A stretch of 63,916 nucleotides of DNA, counting the filler, from Saprolegnia diclina VS20 (Eukaryota), in assembly GCF_000281045.1 (NCBI RefSeq). It is 10 parts of 2 records of this genome, joined end to end, with 100 filler letters (N's around TTAATTAATTAA, not from the genome) between each part and the next. Parts side by side here need not be neighbours in the genome. Positions count along the whole stretch, not along the records: positions 8,001 to 15,272 come from NW_008246155.1; positions 15,373 to 22,072 come from NW_008246155.1; positions 22,173 to 23,921 come from NW_008246155.1; 7 more parts are not named here. One strand, given 5' to 3'. The notes beneath the pieces were generated by a model. It was not told the DNA's origin. It made no database searches and worked only from the letters and a program-made list of their open reading frames with translations. Of this stretch, positions 11,039 to 23,547 are shown one piece after another. The position numbers and the translations under genes are program-made. The stretch's first letter is position 1, and every line of letters begins with the position of its first letter.

Positions 11039-12103
11039 TCAAGGGCGGAGGTTGTAGCGGTGGTTGCGGCGTCGGACATTCGGTGCGGCAGCAGCTTGCA
11101 CGGCAGCTTGTGCAGCTGCTTGGACAGCAGCAGCTTGTGCGGCGAGACCGTTCGCGGGGGTTGCTTCTTCGTATCCAGTCCGAATCGCTGCGGCGATCGT
11201 CGTTGCCAAATGCACGGGGTAGTCGGGGAGCAAGCCTTGCATGATATGGCCACGTCCATCTGAGGCGCGGTACAGATCGTCACCGAGCAGCGTAATGAAA
11301 GGTCCATGGTTCCACGGCTGGAGCTCGACGACGTGCGGCAGCTCGGCAGCCATCGCAGCGACCTCGTTGCGGACAACCACGTGCCCGAGAAGGCGTACGT
11401 CATCATCAAGAGCAACATTGCCGCAGCTCATGGCATCCGTGATCGCAATGTTGCTGCCAAGACGACGGTAGAGCACAGCGAGCGCGGGCATCTGCGCCAA
11501 GATGGGGTTCATGTTGGGGTCAAGCGTCGCCGCGTTCCGCAGCGGGTAGAGAACGAGAACAAGAACCGTCTGGAGCACTGGAAACTCGGCGAAGAGCGCG
11601 CGCGTATCTCGGTCGTACTTGTTGAACGACGTGTCGTGCGTGACGGCGACCTCGATCATGCAGCGGGGCAAATGGCTGCGGGAGTCGCCGCGGATCGCAC
11701 GTCTCGGTTCAATCGCGAGGTCGGGTCTGCGGACGGTGCCAGCATGGTAGTAATCCACGCCCACGGTGCACCTTAACGGCGTACCTGCCAAGACGGCGCG
11801 CACAACGTCGTTCAGACAGATAATCACCTGCTGGTGCACTTGACCAGGCACCTCGGTGATAAAAATGTCGCCGCGGGTCGTCTGAGTAATGACGTCGCCA
11901 TCGTACGTCGCTCGGAAGACGGCGAGGCCGGACAAATGACCGTCCAGCCAGCGACGGAGGAGCACGTCTTCAGCGATGAGGAGATCACCGTCTTCGCCGT
12001 CGGCCTTGCGCCGCTGGAACTCGTGGATCGCAGCCATGACGCCGGCCTCCGTGGGTCGGCGGCGCATCACGGCGAACGTCGCTGGGCCCGCTGCGGTAGC
12101 CAT
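11039..12103 (-). CDS. Uma2-like PD-(D/E)xK nuclease-fold protein, copy 3 (complete, 354 aa, intronless)
   Basis: ATG at 12103 aligns with the start of copy 4; same H/PD/EV motifs; Ala/Gln linker and basic tail. Confidence 0.8.
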   Translation of the reverse strand: MATAAGPATFAVMRRRPTEAGVMAAIHEFQRRKADGEDGDLLIAEDVLLRRWLDGHLSGLAVFRATYDGDVITQTTRGDIFITEVPGQVHQQVIICLNDVVRAVLAGTPLRCTVGVDYYHAGTVRRPDLAIEPRRAIRGDSRSHLPRCMIEVAVTHDTSFNKYDRDTRALFAEFPVLQTVLVLVLYPLRNAATLDPNMNPILAQMPALAVLYRRLGSNIAITDAMSCGNVALDDDVRLLGHVVVRNEVAAMAAELPHVVELQPWNHGPFITLLGDDLYRASDGRGHIMQGLLPDYPVHLATTIAAAIRTGYEEATPANGLAAQAAAVQAAAQAAVQAAAAPNVRRRNHRYNLRP

Positions 12104-12643
12104 GCGTTCAATTCTTGAAGCGTTGGGCAGTGGTTGGCTACCAAAGCACACGCAGCAAGTGGACGTGGGACGCGACGGCTCGGGACGCGGCGCAACGTAC
12201 TTCAACGCACCGACTGCTCGGGCACTTATTGGGCGGTTGCCTCCCTTGTGTCGCGTCCGTGCCCGTTCTGAGATAAACGAAATCAACGATGTGTTTTTGC
12301 TGCTGCAGCCAGACAACATTTGCTTCTCTCGTAGCTATGTCGACTCCAACCACGGGAGCCCATATAAACGTAGTATGGCGAATGCGAATGAACTTGCTTT
12401 TTGTATTAATCGGATGACCTCGTCAGGGTTGTGTTGTTGGAACGCTTTTCAAGCAGTGGCCGTCGACAAAACCATCGTTGTCGGCTTGTCTCGTCGCCTC
12501 ATACAATGCGACGTGACTGCGCCTACCGCGTGGGTCATTTTCCATCAGGTCGCATCGTGAGCCCACCCCGTCCCACGTCCTCTTGTTCTCTTGCTGCCGC
12601 TGCTCTTTGGTAGCCACAGTTGAACTTGCTGAAAACCGTACGC
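12104..12643. promoter_or_regulatory. Divergent intergenic region with conserved upstream blocks for both nuclease-fold genes
   Basis: CCCACGTCC, CTTGCTGC, CTTTGGTAGCCA and ACGC-ATG occur in the same order upstream of both 12103(-) and 12644(+). Confidence 0.55.
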
Positions 12644-13672
12644 ATGACTACCCCCGCGACGTTCGTGCCCATGTCCTGCGTCATCACCGAGGCCGGTCTC
12701 TTGGCTGCGATCCACGAGTTCAAGCGGCGCGAGGCCAACGGCGAAGACGACGGTGACCTCCTCATTGCCCGCAACGTGCTCCTCCTCCGCTGGATCGACA
12801 GCTATCAAAGCCGAGGGGCCGTCTTCCGCGCCACGTACGAGGCCGCTTTCATTACCAAGACGACGCGCGGCGACGTCTACATCGCCAAGGCGCACAGCAA
12901 TGTCAACTCGATGGCGATGGGGAGTCTCCAAAGAGCTTTTGACGTCGCCTTGATGGGAATGCCCTTGAAAAACATCAGAAGCGTGGACTTTACGTATGGT
13001 GGCCACTTTCGCACACCGGACCTCTCGATCAAGCTAACGCACCGGGTCCGCGACGACCCCTGCAGCCATTTGCCGCGCGGCATCGTCGAGGTTTTGGTTC
13101 CTACCAATACGTCGTTCAGCAGATACCACGCCGACACGCTTACGTTCTTTGACGTCTGCCCGCCACTCCAGACCGTCCTCACGCTCGTTCTCTACCCGTT
13201 GCGGGATGTGGAAGCGGGCGACGTTGACCATCTCGCGGGCGAAATGCCGGCGCTTGCGCTGCTCTACCGTCGCCTTGCCAGCGGTGTCACGATCACGGAT
13301 GCTGTGAGCTGCGGCAACAGTCCTCTGTACGATGATGTGTATCTGCCCGGCGGTGTGCGTGGCTTGCTGCGTGACGAGGTGGCTGCGATGGCTGCCGAGC
13401 TGCCGCTTGTCGTTGAGCGACAGCCGTGGAACCATGGGCCGTTTGTTACGCTCTATGGCGACGACCTCTATCGCGCCGCTGACGGTGTTGAGTACCCCAA
13501 GGACGCGCCGGCCGATCATCCTAATTGCCGCGTGCATTTGGCAACGACGATTGCTGCCGCTATCGAACAGCATTCGTGGGAAGCCGCCCACCGCAACTCG
13601 CTAGCCGCCCAAGCTGCTGCGCAAGTTGCTGATGTGCCAATGGTTCGCTGCGTTCGTCCCCGTCATCATTGA
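12644..13672 (+). CDS. Uma2-like nuclease-fold protein, copy 4 (divergent paralog, 342 aa)
   Basis: Colinear with copy 3 ('RTPDLSI', 'LPRGIVEVL', 'QPWNHGPF'); head-to-head with copy 3. Confidence 0.75.
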   Translation: MTTPATFVPMSCVITEAGLLAAIHEFKRREANGEDDGDLLIARNVLLLRWIDSYQSRGAVFRATYEAAFITKTTRGDVYIAKAHSNVNSMAMGSLQRAFDVALMGMPLKNIRSVDFTYGGHFRTPDLSIKLTHRVRDDPCSHLPRGIVEVLVPTNTSFSRYHADTLTFFDVCPPLQTVLTLVLYPLRDVEAGDVDHLAGEMPALALLYRRLASGVTITDAVSCGNSPLYDDVYLPGGVRGLLRDEVAAMAAELPLVVERQPWNHGPFVTLYGDDLYRAADGVEYPKDAPADHPNCRVHLATTIAAAIEQHSWEAAHRNSLAAQAAAQVADVPMVRCVRPRHH

Positions 13673-14247
13673 AGACTGCAATGTTAGACGTAAAATACCA
13701 CTTCGTATATCTCGTACATCTTGAAGTTTGAAACGCTTTTTCATCGTCATTGAAGATATTGTATGCTACTGCTGGTGCAGAGAGGGTGTCTTGCACGACG
13801 CATTATTTTCTGTCCGGATGCTTGTCGACTTGATCGCGTTATCTTTATAAAATGGGAGAGCAATCATAGTGCACGTACAGGGCGATGGCATGCGGCTCTA
13901 AATAGATCCATATACCATCAGCAATAACATCATAGTGTCTCTTGCACACCCTGCCGCTCATACTCGTCGACCGCCAAGATGCTCAAAAGTTGGTATCAAC
14001 ATAACCGACATTATGCAAGTCCCTAACTCGAAACCCTGGTTGAAATTCAAGGAAGCGTACCTCCCAAATCTAGTTTTGATGCGAGATGTGGAGGATTGCG
14101 TTGTTCACCATGAGGACGTTTGCTCTTTTGACAAGTTGTCTACTAGTATCTTGAGATAGCTAAAGATAGGGCTGAACGTGACCATCGTCATGCATGGAAA
14201 TAGAACCTCGTCAGCTTTACAGCCAGACCACTCTTCAACGCTTACCA

Positions 14248-15272
14248 ATGCCGTCGTCCAAGGTCGGTGTCGAGCGCGGCCCGTCGCCGGATGCTGTGCC
14301 GCGCTTTGCCGTGGCGTACCACCAGGGTGCTGTGGCCCTCAGCGTCCTTGTCTCGTGCTTGATCGTCGCCATGGTACTTCGAACTGTCGCCTCCTACACT
14401 CCAATATGGTGGTGTGTAGCCGTTTGAAGCGTACATCTCCGAGACGCTGCCGTGGGCAACAGCACTGCCCGTGCCCCACGATCTAAGCAACCTCACGCTC
14501 TTCAACCAAACGGCACTTGCGACGCACCAAGCGCTCTACACTCGATCGACGCTGCCGCTCGGCGCACCCTATTATTTCGACGTCTCGCGCAACGCTCACG
14601 TGTGCCGCCACGTCATTTCGACGGCCAACAACCGCAGCACGCTGGTCTTGTCAGAGCTTCCGGGGGTTATTTTTACGGCGTCGCGATGCTCGAGCTCCTA
14701 CATGCCTTTGCTGAAGACACAGCGTCCTCCTCTTGGCATGAGCGCGGCACGTGTGCTGTCGTGAGCTTCATCGCAGTACCGCTGTCACACGAATGCATTT
14801 GGCTGTCGCGAGGCAACGACCTTGGGAGTACGAGCGACGACAATATGTACACGCTGACGTATGCGCTGACGCAGTATCCGTATCCGGCGCTGGTTTGGTT
14901 CAAATTTACGTGGCGCCTTGGCACAACGGGGTTTCTTCTTGTGCTACTTTGGCGCCGGTACTACAGCTTGTGTAGCGAGCTGAGCACCGCGCTGGCACTG
15001 CGTGGCCACCGGGACGACTTGGCGCTAGACCATGCGTGGCGCTACGTGGTCGTCATCGGTGATCCGACCGCGCCGCTCGTCATTGACGCGTACGTCGTCA
15101 CCGCATTTTTTGTCGATTTTTCGCTCAGTCCGCACATGGTGGCCGTGGCGGTACTGCGCTTGCTTCAAGTCAACGATCTTTGGGCGGCACTCAAGGCAGC
15201 CATTTACCTGTTTCGCATGGTACGATATACACGATTGTCTATACTATGTTGGACGATTTTGTAGGTGTGGTT
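14248..15272 (+). CDS. Oomycete multi-pass transmembrane protein family member (partial, intron-containing or degenerate)
   Basis: Hydrophobic segments and 'WFKFTWRL..LWRRYY..GH..YVVVIGDPT' motif. Coding frame changes between segments; truncated by spacer. Confidence 0.55.
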
Positions 15273-15703
15273 NNNNNNNNNNNNNNNNNNNNNNNNNNNN
15301 NNNNNNNNNNNNNNNNTTAATTAATTAANNNNNNNNNNNNNNNNNNNNNNNNNNNNNNNNNNNNNNNNNNNNCTAGCCACCGAGTTTACGCCAGTATCCA
15401 ACATTGCGGTGTACACTGCGTGGCAAGTCGCGTCGTTTCAAGCTATCGGTCTATCCAGCCATCTATCCATGTATCCATCTATTCATCTATCCTTGCTCTA
15501 TCCAGGTATTCTTCTCGCAAAGACTTTGTGACTGAAAGGTGCTCAGTAGCGCGTTCTTTAGCGTTTTTCCATAGATCGATCAATCGATCAGTCAACAGAG
15601 CGCTCGGTCCACTGGTCGGCGCGTCAAAGGACGGACTTGAGACTTAGTCTTTATCTTTTCACAGACAGTGTACAATATTACTATATCAACGTAAATACAA
15701 CCA

Positions 15704-17167
15704 CTAGACGGCTTGGGCTTCGAGTCGCGACCGCATCTGCGCCACAAGATACCGTTGCGTCTCGATGCCGAGCTGCAGTTGGCTCAAATGCGACTCAATG
15801 TCCATTGCATCAAAGGCGGGTGCGGGTGCGGCTTGCGGCGGCGCCATCGGGACATCGTCGTCGTCGGCCAAGTCTTTGGCGTAGCTTTCGTTGCCCGAAC
15901 TGGACCGCGTCTGGTTCGAGTGGTGCGAGTGCTCGGTCGTGTCGTCCGACGCATGCAGCCCTAGCCGATTAATGATGAGAATCGAATCACAATTTTTGTC
16001 GGGGCGTACGGAACGAGCTGGCACTGCTTGATGTTCGGTACGATCGTGCTTGGAGAAAACAGCGCTTGCAAAATTCTTCTGACACCGCTTTCATCGCGCC
16101 GTCGACGCCGACAAGCGCGCGCGGGATCGGGACGACGCACTTGCCACACATGCTCTGCTCCACAAAGATATTAGCAATCGTAGCCGTTCCTTCATTTGGG
16201 CGTACCTCGCGACAGCCCCAGCACTCGTGGCGCGCGCGGAGCCCCCGGAACGCACCGGCGCACGATGAGCACACCTTGGCTTTTCTAGAAATTGAAAAAA
16301 TAAGAAAAAATGGACATGGGCGGGCATCGCGTACTTGATCGGGTGCCGCGGCTTGCGCTTCGAGGCCACGTACGCCAGTAGCCGCTTTTGCTGCAAATAC
16401 TTGGCGTAGTCGTCGCTCATGTGGCTGTACGCCATCGACGTCTTGTTGAACATCCAAGCCGGCAGCTTTCCGAGCGGGTTGGCCGTCATGACTTGAAGGA
16501 GCTCGACGCTGCCGTCACGGGCTTCGGTGAGAAGAAACATTGCCTTCATGTAGAAGCGCACGACCCCCGGCATCTCGGGCACCTCGTCAAAATCCATCGA
16601 TTCGCGCACGCAGTAGACGCCGCGGAGACCCTTCTTGTTGACAAACGAGCCGGTGCACTAGATCAGCATTCCAACTGTGAAAATCGTAGAAAAAGAAGAC
16701 AAATGTACCTCGACGTACGTGGTGTCGCGCGGCGCAAACACCCCATTGTACGCCATGTTCATCTTCTTGTAGCGGACGCCAAAGTGTCGGAACGGATCGT
16801 CGTCGCAGCGTGCCAGCGAGACGTTGAGGACGCGCGCGTCGAGGAGGTTCTCGGCATAAAAGAGCGTCTGCTGCGTCCGAAAGGTCTCTTCGCACTCGCA
16901 GTAGGTGAGCTCGACGTACTCGTCGATCGTGACATCGGCGTTCCCAACGACAAGGAATTCGTTGTAGCCCGATGTTTCGCACTTGCGCGAAAAGACCTTG
17001 GACGTCATGTACTCGTGCGCGACCTTGTACCCTGCTTGGTACGCGTCGATCTCGCGCGTCTCGGGCGAGCTGTCCGAGTACGCGTGGACAAGGTCCAACA
17101 TGTCTTTCTGGACGCGGACCGCAAAACCGTCGGGGAGTGCGACCGACCACTCGACGACAGCGACCAT
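15704..17167 (-). CDS. START-like + FYVE zinc-finger protein (multi-exon)
   Basis: START-like 'FAPRD' and 'ANPLGKLPAW'; FYVE 'CSSC..F....RHECWGCREV|MCGKC...FCKRC' split by short GT-AG introns; C-terminal coiled coil. Confidence 0.8.
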
Positions 17168-17558
17168 CGGCTGTGCTTGAGACGACGAATTCACTTGTGA
17201 GCGGCGAGGGTGCTACTCGCTTGCGTCGTACTACGGTGGCGCGGTACCACCTTGCTTCGAAGCTACTCGCGGCGTCTGATCTGAGCGGCCAAAGGGGCAT
17301 GCAGATGGCAACTTCGATACGTGTCTACGACACAAACATACACTATTTCAGGTCGGACGTGGCAGCGCGGCTACGGCACGTTGTCGGCATCGCGTCAACA
17401 CAGTCGGTGTGATGGCAAATCGCAGAGCCGGCTATCAGGCTTGTAGGCACTTTTCTTTCTATTGGGTGCATTTCTGAGAGGTCGACGACACTTATGTGGG
17501 CAAGCTCTCAGGATTATGATTGATGGTAACGTGGTAGCTTGGCCATTGAACTACTTAT

Positions 17559-17585
17559 GGTGGTGGTGGTGGTGGTGGTGGTGGT
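17559..17585 (+). repeat. (GGT)n microsatellite
   Basis: About 9 tandem GGT/TGG units. Confidence 0.9.
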
Positions 17586-18109
17586 AGGGATCGCCTGTCG
17601 TTGACCTCGTGTGCCAGATTGCTGTGAACGTGGATCAGGCTGTAGCTTCTCGCGCAACGTTCTGGTTGTGACGCGAGGTGCGACTGGTGTGAACATTGTC
17701 GAGAGAGCCAACCGACTCAGAAGAACGACCGTCCTCGTATCAGGCAGGCTCTTGCCACTGTGTGGCCCAACCTGTTGCACTCGACGGTATGGCTGCGTCA
17801 TACAAGGGTGCGACGCGGAGCCGAACGCGATGACACGGCGTCTTGGCGCTTCGACGACCTTCTGCCGCTGGCGCGGTGGGCGTGATAGCATCACAGGAGG
17901 TGTTTGGAGCGTGTTATCGCGCTACGTCAGTGTACGAGTCCACGTACGCGACCTGGGACGCGAAACGAATCTCGCTATTGCTAACACTATTTGGCACAAT
18001 ATATCTTCGAACTTCGACAGACGTTGTCACGTCGCCACACGGGCTCGGTGACTAAGCGAGGCCGTCGTTCGTTGCTCAGATTGCGGCTACTTCGGCGCAG
18101 TGCATGTCT

Positions 18110-18487
18110 TCATGGGTGTCGATATCGCGAACCGGTCAACTCGGTTCGGCTAATTTCCTCCCACACCATCGGCCAAGCTGGTACAGGCCAAAAGGAGCAT
18201 TTCAACATCAGCCGACGAGGCAACACGTCGGGCGGGTCCGTCGGGAAGGGGAGTGGAAACGAGTACGATTTTACAAGCGCGAGTGTTCCCAGACTCATAT
18301 CAAGGTCTGGATCTTCCACATAAATGATGGCGTTGATGTCTTCGACACGTGCGTTGAAGCCGGACAGGCCAAAATAATTTGTCTCTTGCCATCCAATTCG
18401 ATGGCTCTGGTCGGACGCATAAACACAACGAGCGTCGGTGACGACAGTCCATGTATCCAGGCAAACGCAGTCAACTGCAGCATGCAC
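18110..18487 (-). mobile_element. Possible decayed retrotransposon aspartyl-protease remnant
   Basis: 'VCLDTWTVV' and 'DMSLGTLAL' resemble LDTGA and D.ILG..L of retropepsins. Surrounding 17.5-19.4 kb lacks host-like ORFs. Confidence 0.3.
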
Positions 18488-19620
18488 GCTAGTGAAATAC
18501 GCTGCTTCAAGTCGCTCTCACCGCCACTACCGCCACTGCGTCTTAGCGCGGCAACGATGAGCGGGATACTCGGTTGCGCGGTCAGTTGCCGCTCGCCTTT
18601 GGATACTACGAGCCAAAAGTAGCTTACCGACAGTGGTGTCCCAGAGGAAAAGCCACGAGACAGGATGCACGGCTCTATCCAAAAGCCAAACGAACCTAGG
18701 AGACTTGTTCGTGGCCGCCGCAGGTTGTCTTCAACAGATACCACCGTTCGTCAACATCGGCTCTGCATGTACACTCTCATCAACACAGAGTACTCTCCGG
18801 CCCCGATACATACCACCTCCGTGTCCGTGGCACACAAATCAGATCGTGCCGCGGGGCTCGGCAAGCAAAGGCCGGTACGTCAAAAGCTTTAGCCCGTCAC
18901 GTGGTAGCTTTCACCAACAAAGCTACTTGTGGCGAGCGCTTGCGGAACGAGTTCGTCCAAGGCCCTACCTCAGCTTCGGTGCAACAAACTCAGAACAGCG
19001 AACAAAAGTGTCGTGCATCGGCAGCTCGTTTGACAACACTGTCCGTCACTGCCGCTCGTCGTATGACAGCTTTGGGCCATGCTCACGTACTGCCTTGAAG
19101 TGCGTTGAGGCTATCCGAGTATACCGCGATCATGCCAAGTGTATGTCTCAGAGCGTGATTTTGTCGCCGCTCGGACGAGGCCATGTACCCTATCCCTTGT
19201 AGATAGGTGTAGGGTTGTCCCGTCGTCCCCTTGTACTTGCTTCGTGTGCATACACGGCGCATTTGTGCTGGTTTGAGCTACTTGTACGTTCGTAGCTACC
19301 TACGAGGCAACCGGTCGCAGTATCCCAGATTTGGAGCCAATGCATACATCAGCTCTTATTGTCGGAGATACCGGTATCAGCACTTATTGTCCGAGCGGTG
19401 CTCGAGCTTGCCACTTTAACTGACCGAGACAATAGCGACAGCTCTCGGCGGTCGATAGACAGCATGTCTCGGGTGGGTAGTCATACATCTCTGAAATAGC
19501 TACTTGATAACGCGCACACAACATCCCTTGACAACACTAAAAATGTACTAACGTTATATTGTGGCAAGTGTCATTTCGGAATCGATGGTATTGAGACTGT
19601 GAACGACAACGGTATTGTCC

Positions 19621-20742
19621 TCATGCCTTCATCGATGCCGTGCGCGGCTTGCGCGTCAACGCGCAGTACAAGTAGCGCATCTCCAAGAGCGCATACAGCG
19701 GCTTGGTCACGCCGTCCATCGTCACGTTGCGTTCAAACTGCTTCTCCAGTTGCGCGGCCAACGTTGCGTGGAACACCGAGTTGTTGCGCTCGTCGGGCGT
19801 CATGACAGAGACAATCGACGGCGTCGTCGTCGCCACCATAAAGGCCGCGCCGGCTTTCGCAGTCGGCACCAAAATTGGCATGTCGATCATTTGGCACTCG
19901 TGGAGCTCCCAATCCGGCACCTCGGCGACGCCCGCGCGCACCTCGTTGCACGTCCGGAGGTACGCGCCAAGCGTCATCTTGTCCATCGATGCCTGCGAGA
20001 GACACCCGAGGCGGACGCACTCGACAAGCGCTTTCGGTACAACGTCGGCCCACGCCACTTGGACAGCGTGGTCGGCGAACCCCGCCATCGTGAGACACAT
20101 GGCGCCATTATCCACGAGCTCGGTCGCACGGAGACGCAAGAAGTGGACCCAGTCGCGGTGCGACGCGGCAGCCCACGCTGCGCAAACGTCGGGAAGCGCG
20201 GCGCGCGTCGGCGCGTTGAGCGTCATGTAGTTCCCGGGCAGCGGCATCGGGATCGCCGACATCCAATGCAGCGATATGTACGAGACAACAATGTCGACCG
20301 ACGACGACGGCAAGAGGCGTTCGTAAAAGCTCTTGGCGATCACGCTCGTGTAGACGTTCGGTGTCGACTGCACGTACGACGTGGGCGCCCGCAGCGTCGA
20401 GAGGAGCGACGCAAAGTCGTTGTCGGGTTGATCTTCGTGCATGACAAAGTACTCGCGCTCCATGGACGATGGCAGGCGCGACTCGAGGTAACCAAGCACT
20501 GTCGATAACAGCGCCACCGAGTTGCGGCCTTCGGACGCGCCAAGGTCGGCGATGCGCACAGTGAGCGCATGCAAAGTCGACGGCAATGTCGTGATGTACC
20601 GATCGAGCTGCGTGTGCAGCAGCGTTTTGGTGTAGTCGACAAGCGTCATTTGAACGACCGCGGTTTCGTTGTAGGCGCCACCGCCTTGCATGATGCTCGT
20701 GTTGGCGTGCACCGATGTCGTTTCGGGTGTTCCGGCGGCCAT
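19621..20742 (-). CDS. SABATH-family (Methyltransf_7) SAM-dependent carboxyl methyltransferase
   Basis: Canonical motifs: MQGGGAYNETAVVQ, RIADLGASEGRNS, EDQPDNDFASL, SFYERLLPSSSVD, SLHWMS, DWVHFLRLRATELVDNGAM. Confidence 0.92.
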   Translation of the reverse strand: MAAGTPETTSVHANTSIMQGGGAYNETAVVQMTLVDYTKTLLHTQLDRYITTLPSTLHALTVRIADLGASEGRNSVALLSTVLGYLESRLPSSMEREYFVMHEDQPDNDFASLLSTLRAPTSYVQSTPNVYTSVIAKSFYERLLPSSSVDIVVSYISLHWMSAIPMPLPGNYMTLNAPTRAALPDVCAAWAAASHRDWVHFLRLRATELVDNGAMCLTMAGFADHAVQVAWADVVPKALVECVRLGCLSQASMDKMTLGAYLRTCNEVRAGVAEVPDWELHECQMIDMPILVPTAKAGAAFMVATTTPSIVSVMTPDERNNSVFHATLAAQLEKQFERNVTMDGVTKPLYALLEMRYLYCALTRKPRTASMKA

Positions 20743-23547
20743 GGCAATCGAGAGCAAATGCAAAACTGTGCGCTTTTGCTGTCGTGACAAGACGGAAAGA
20801 TCTTGATTTCGATGTAATCGTATCCCACTGTCTTCAATCCACGTGGATACAGTGTAATTGGACACGCTGACGGTTTGTATACTCTGTACGGTACACACCT
20901 TTCGTAATGTCTTCGAGACGCGTCCGGCCTTGATGTAATCAGTCACATGGTAACAACATGGCTGCTTTGCAAAGCAAACACGCTGGCGACAAGACACGAG
21001 GTTGCCAATGTGTGGCTCTGAGCCGTCAAAATGGAAAGCAGCCAGCAGCGTCTGGTCGATGTTTGATGTCATCAGACCCATTATTGTCTCGCGCGCAGTC
21101 GGCCACGTTCGGCAGGATTACATTCAAATGACCGACCATACACACGCCATCGCACCAGCGCAATGCACCACGTCGATCAAGAATGGCAACGAACGTCTCG
21201 CAGTGGCCTTCCCGAACCCATCGATGCGGTGCGAATTCGGCTTCAACCGTTGCAAGACGAGGTGGTCGATGCTTGTGGGCCAAGAGACCTCGGCGAGACG
21301 TGACAGTGCACATCGAGTTATGCCCTCGGGCTGACGTGATTGAGGAACAAACACGACCATCGGGAGTAGGTTGCGTCCTGCGCCGCTTGCATGAGACGCA
21401 ACAACGTGGCAGGAAACGTAGTTCCATTTGCACATCTGAGGCCATTAAAAGCCGGAGGCTACTACGGCACTGTTGACAGCACTGTAAATACCATCAAACC
21501 CACACGCTGCATTTTCTACACACAAGATGCTGCCATTGGACGATCAATGACCATGGAAAGCCTTGATCGAACTGGCTGAGCCATCGATCGAACGAGTGGC
21601 CGTGGGAAGCTGTGCCGCGCCGTACAAGAACGGGATTTGTATACCACGGACTCGCGCAGCAGCCCCTCGGAACGATCCGCTTCACAACGGCAATGTCGAA
21701 AAGGCCAGTGAAACGGCTGGCAACGTTAGCGTGCCAGCCATTAAACATTGTTTTTGTATGGAGCAGCAACTCAGTTCTGGTATTCTTTTCTCATGTGAGA
21801 CGCCGACGGCGAGCCATCTCTGTCGCGCACGACTGATACTACCTACATGTGGTCAGAGCCATCGCACAAACCTTGTCAGTAGAACAAAGTCGCACGACAT
21901 GCAAGGGCTGGGTTAATGTCTTGCCCTGCACTAGTATGGACAATGGCATAGCAATGTCGATGCTTGAAAGTGTCGCTCTTCCTCACGTAAGTATCGTTGC
22001 ATGTCGAATCTCCGCGTCCACGCCTGGCAGCGATGGTCATGGAATGCTGCGCCTTCAACAAGGTCGGGCTTGNNNNNNNNNNNNNNNNNNNNNNNNNNNN
22101 NNNNNNNNNNNNNNNNTTAATTAATTAANNNNNNNNNNNNNNNNNNNNNNNNNNNNNNNNNNNNNNNNNNNNACCGGTTGGGAGCACTAGTTGGAGCCAG
22201 CCACACGACATGATCGCCTTCTTTCGACGCTTGGAGTGTACTAGTATCTGGTCGGCGACACGGCAGCGTCAGCGAGGAAATACTACCCAGCATGTACGCG
22301 ATGCCTTCGACATGTCCCCAAAAAGTGTACTCAAGATGCTGCAACGATGCTCACTAACGACATCTCGGTCGCGAGCTCGCGGTGTTTGCTGAACGAACGA
22401 CCGTCGTGTTGTTCGTCGCGGGATTCAAACCACCTCCAAGTTTGTCGTCGATACGCTGTACGTTGGTCCGGCGCGCAAACACGGACGATTTTGTCAGTAG
22501 TATGTTGACGCGAATGCGCGAGTGTTTGGTCCTATTGCAAGGCAACGACACAGCATCCTCGGAAGGAACAAGTGATCTCAAAATGGTCGTTGGTCCAACG
22601 ACGGGTCCTTCCGTGCGGTTTACTGTAGGGACGTTACCACCGCGCCGCCTTTTACGGGACAATCCAGCGATCGAGTTGCCATCGCCTACGTCGTGCAAAA
22701 CCGGTGCGTCGATCGTGCCCCGACGAGACAAGCGGTCCAACCACACAGCGCGATCTTGAACATCTGTGTTGCAACCTACTAATATACCTTCTTGAGCAAA
22801 GAAACACTGGTGCAGATGTACCCGTGATCACCGTCCGTACGCTGAAATCAACCCGAGAGCTAGCGATGAGAGCTATGTGCGGTATCCGGGCTTCCTGTGC
22901 GAGTCATCCACCTATGTTTACATGAGTCGGAGACGACAGCAGATGGTTGCCTCGTACGAACAAGCGAGGGATGTGCGGTGTGTCGTCAAAGTGGAGGATA
23001 CTAACAGCGACATCGATCGACGATCCAGCATGCAAATACGATAGAGAGCGCCCTAGATGCGAGTGGGCTCTCGATGGAAGTGCGTCGCAGAGTCGGACCG
23101 TTTATAGATCAAAGAATCGTAGCTCGAGCGCACAGCGTTTATGAAAGTGCCCACAATACCTGCTGCGAACCTTTGGCGTGCGAAGAGTGCTGCCATTTTC
23201 ATTGAGGGCATTACAACACCTCCGCCAGGAGAGGCACCACATCAAGACGATTTCGGATCACCTGAAATGCGGGTGCATCTGCCTCGGCCGCCTCCTTGAC
23301 AGCGCGAATCAAAATCCATCTAGCCTTTTGTATACAGAATGCGACTCGGTAAAGCGAGCATTTGCCTCGTTGACCGGTGGTACCATAAGTTTCTTTCTTG
23401 ACTAACCGTGCGAAACGCGTCACCGTCTGGGCAAAATAAGGGCAAAATGGTCGGGACCTTACGTCACCAGGCCAGCTGCCGATAGGATCAAAACGAGCGA
23501 TGCAGCGACCAGTTTCACATGGAGCGCATATTTCAATTGCACTACTC

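Noticed and set aside
15450..15500. (ATCC/ATCT)n tracts here and at ~24978-25020 as a shared element
   Set aside because: Simple low-complexity repeats with no flanking homology that I could see.
20743..21081. N-terminal extension of the SABATH ORF (likewise 12104-12319 for nuclease copy 3)
   Set aside because: Non-coding-like composition; family motifs and paralog alignment start at the downstream ATG.
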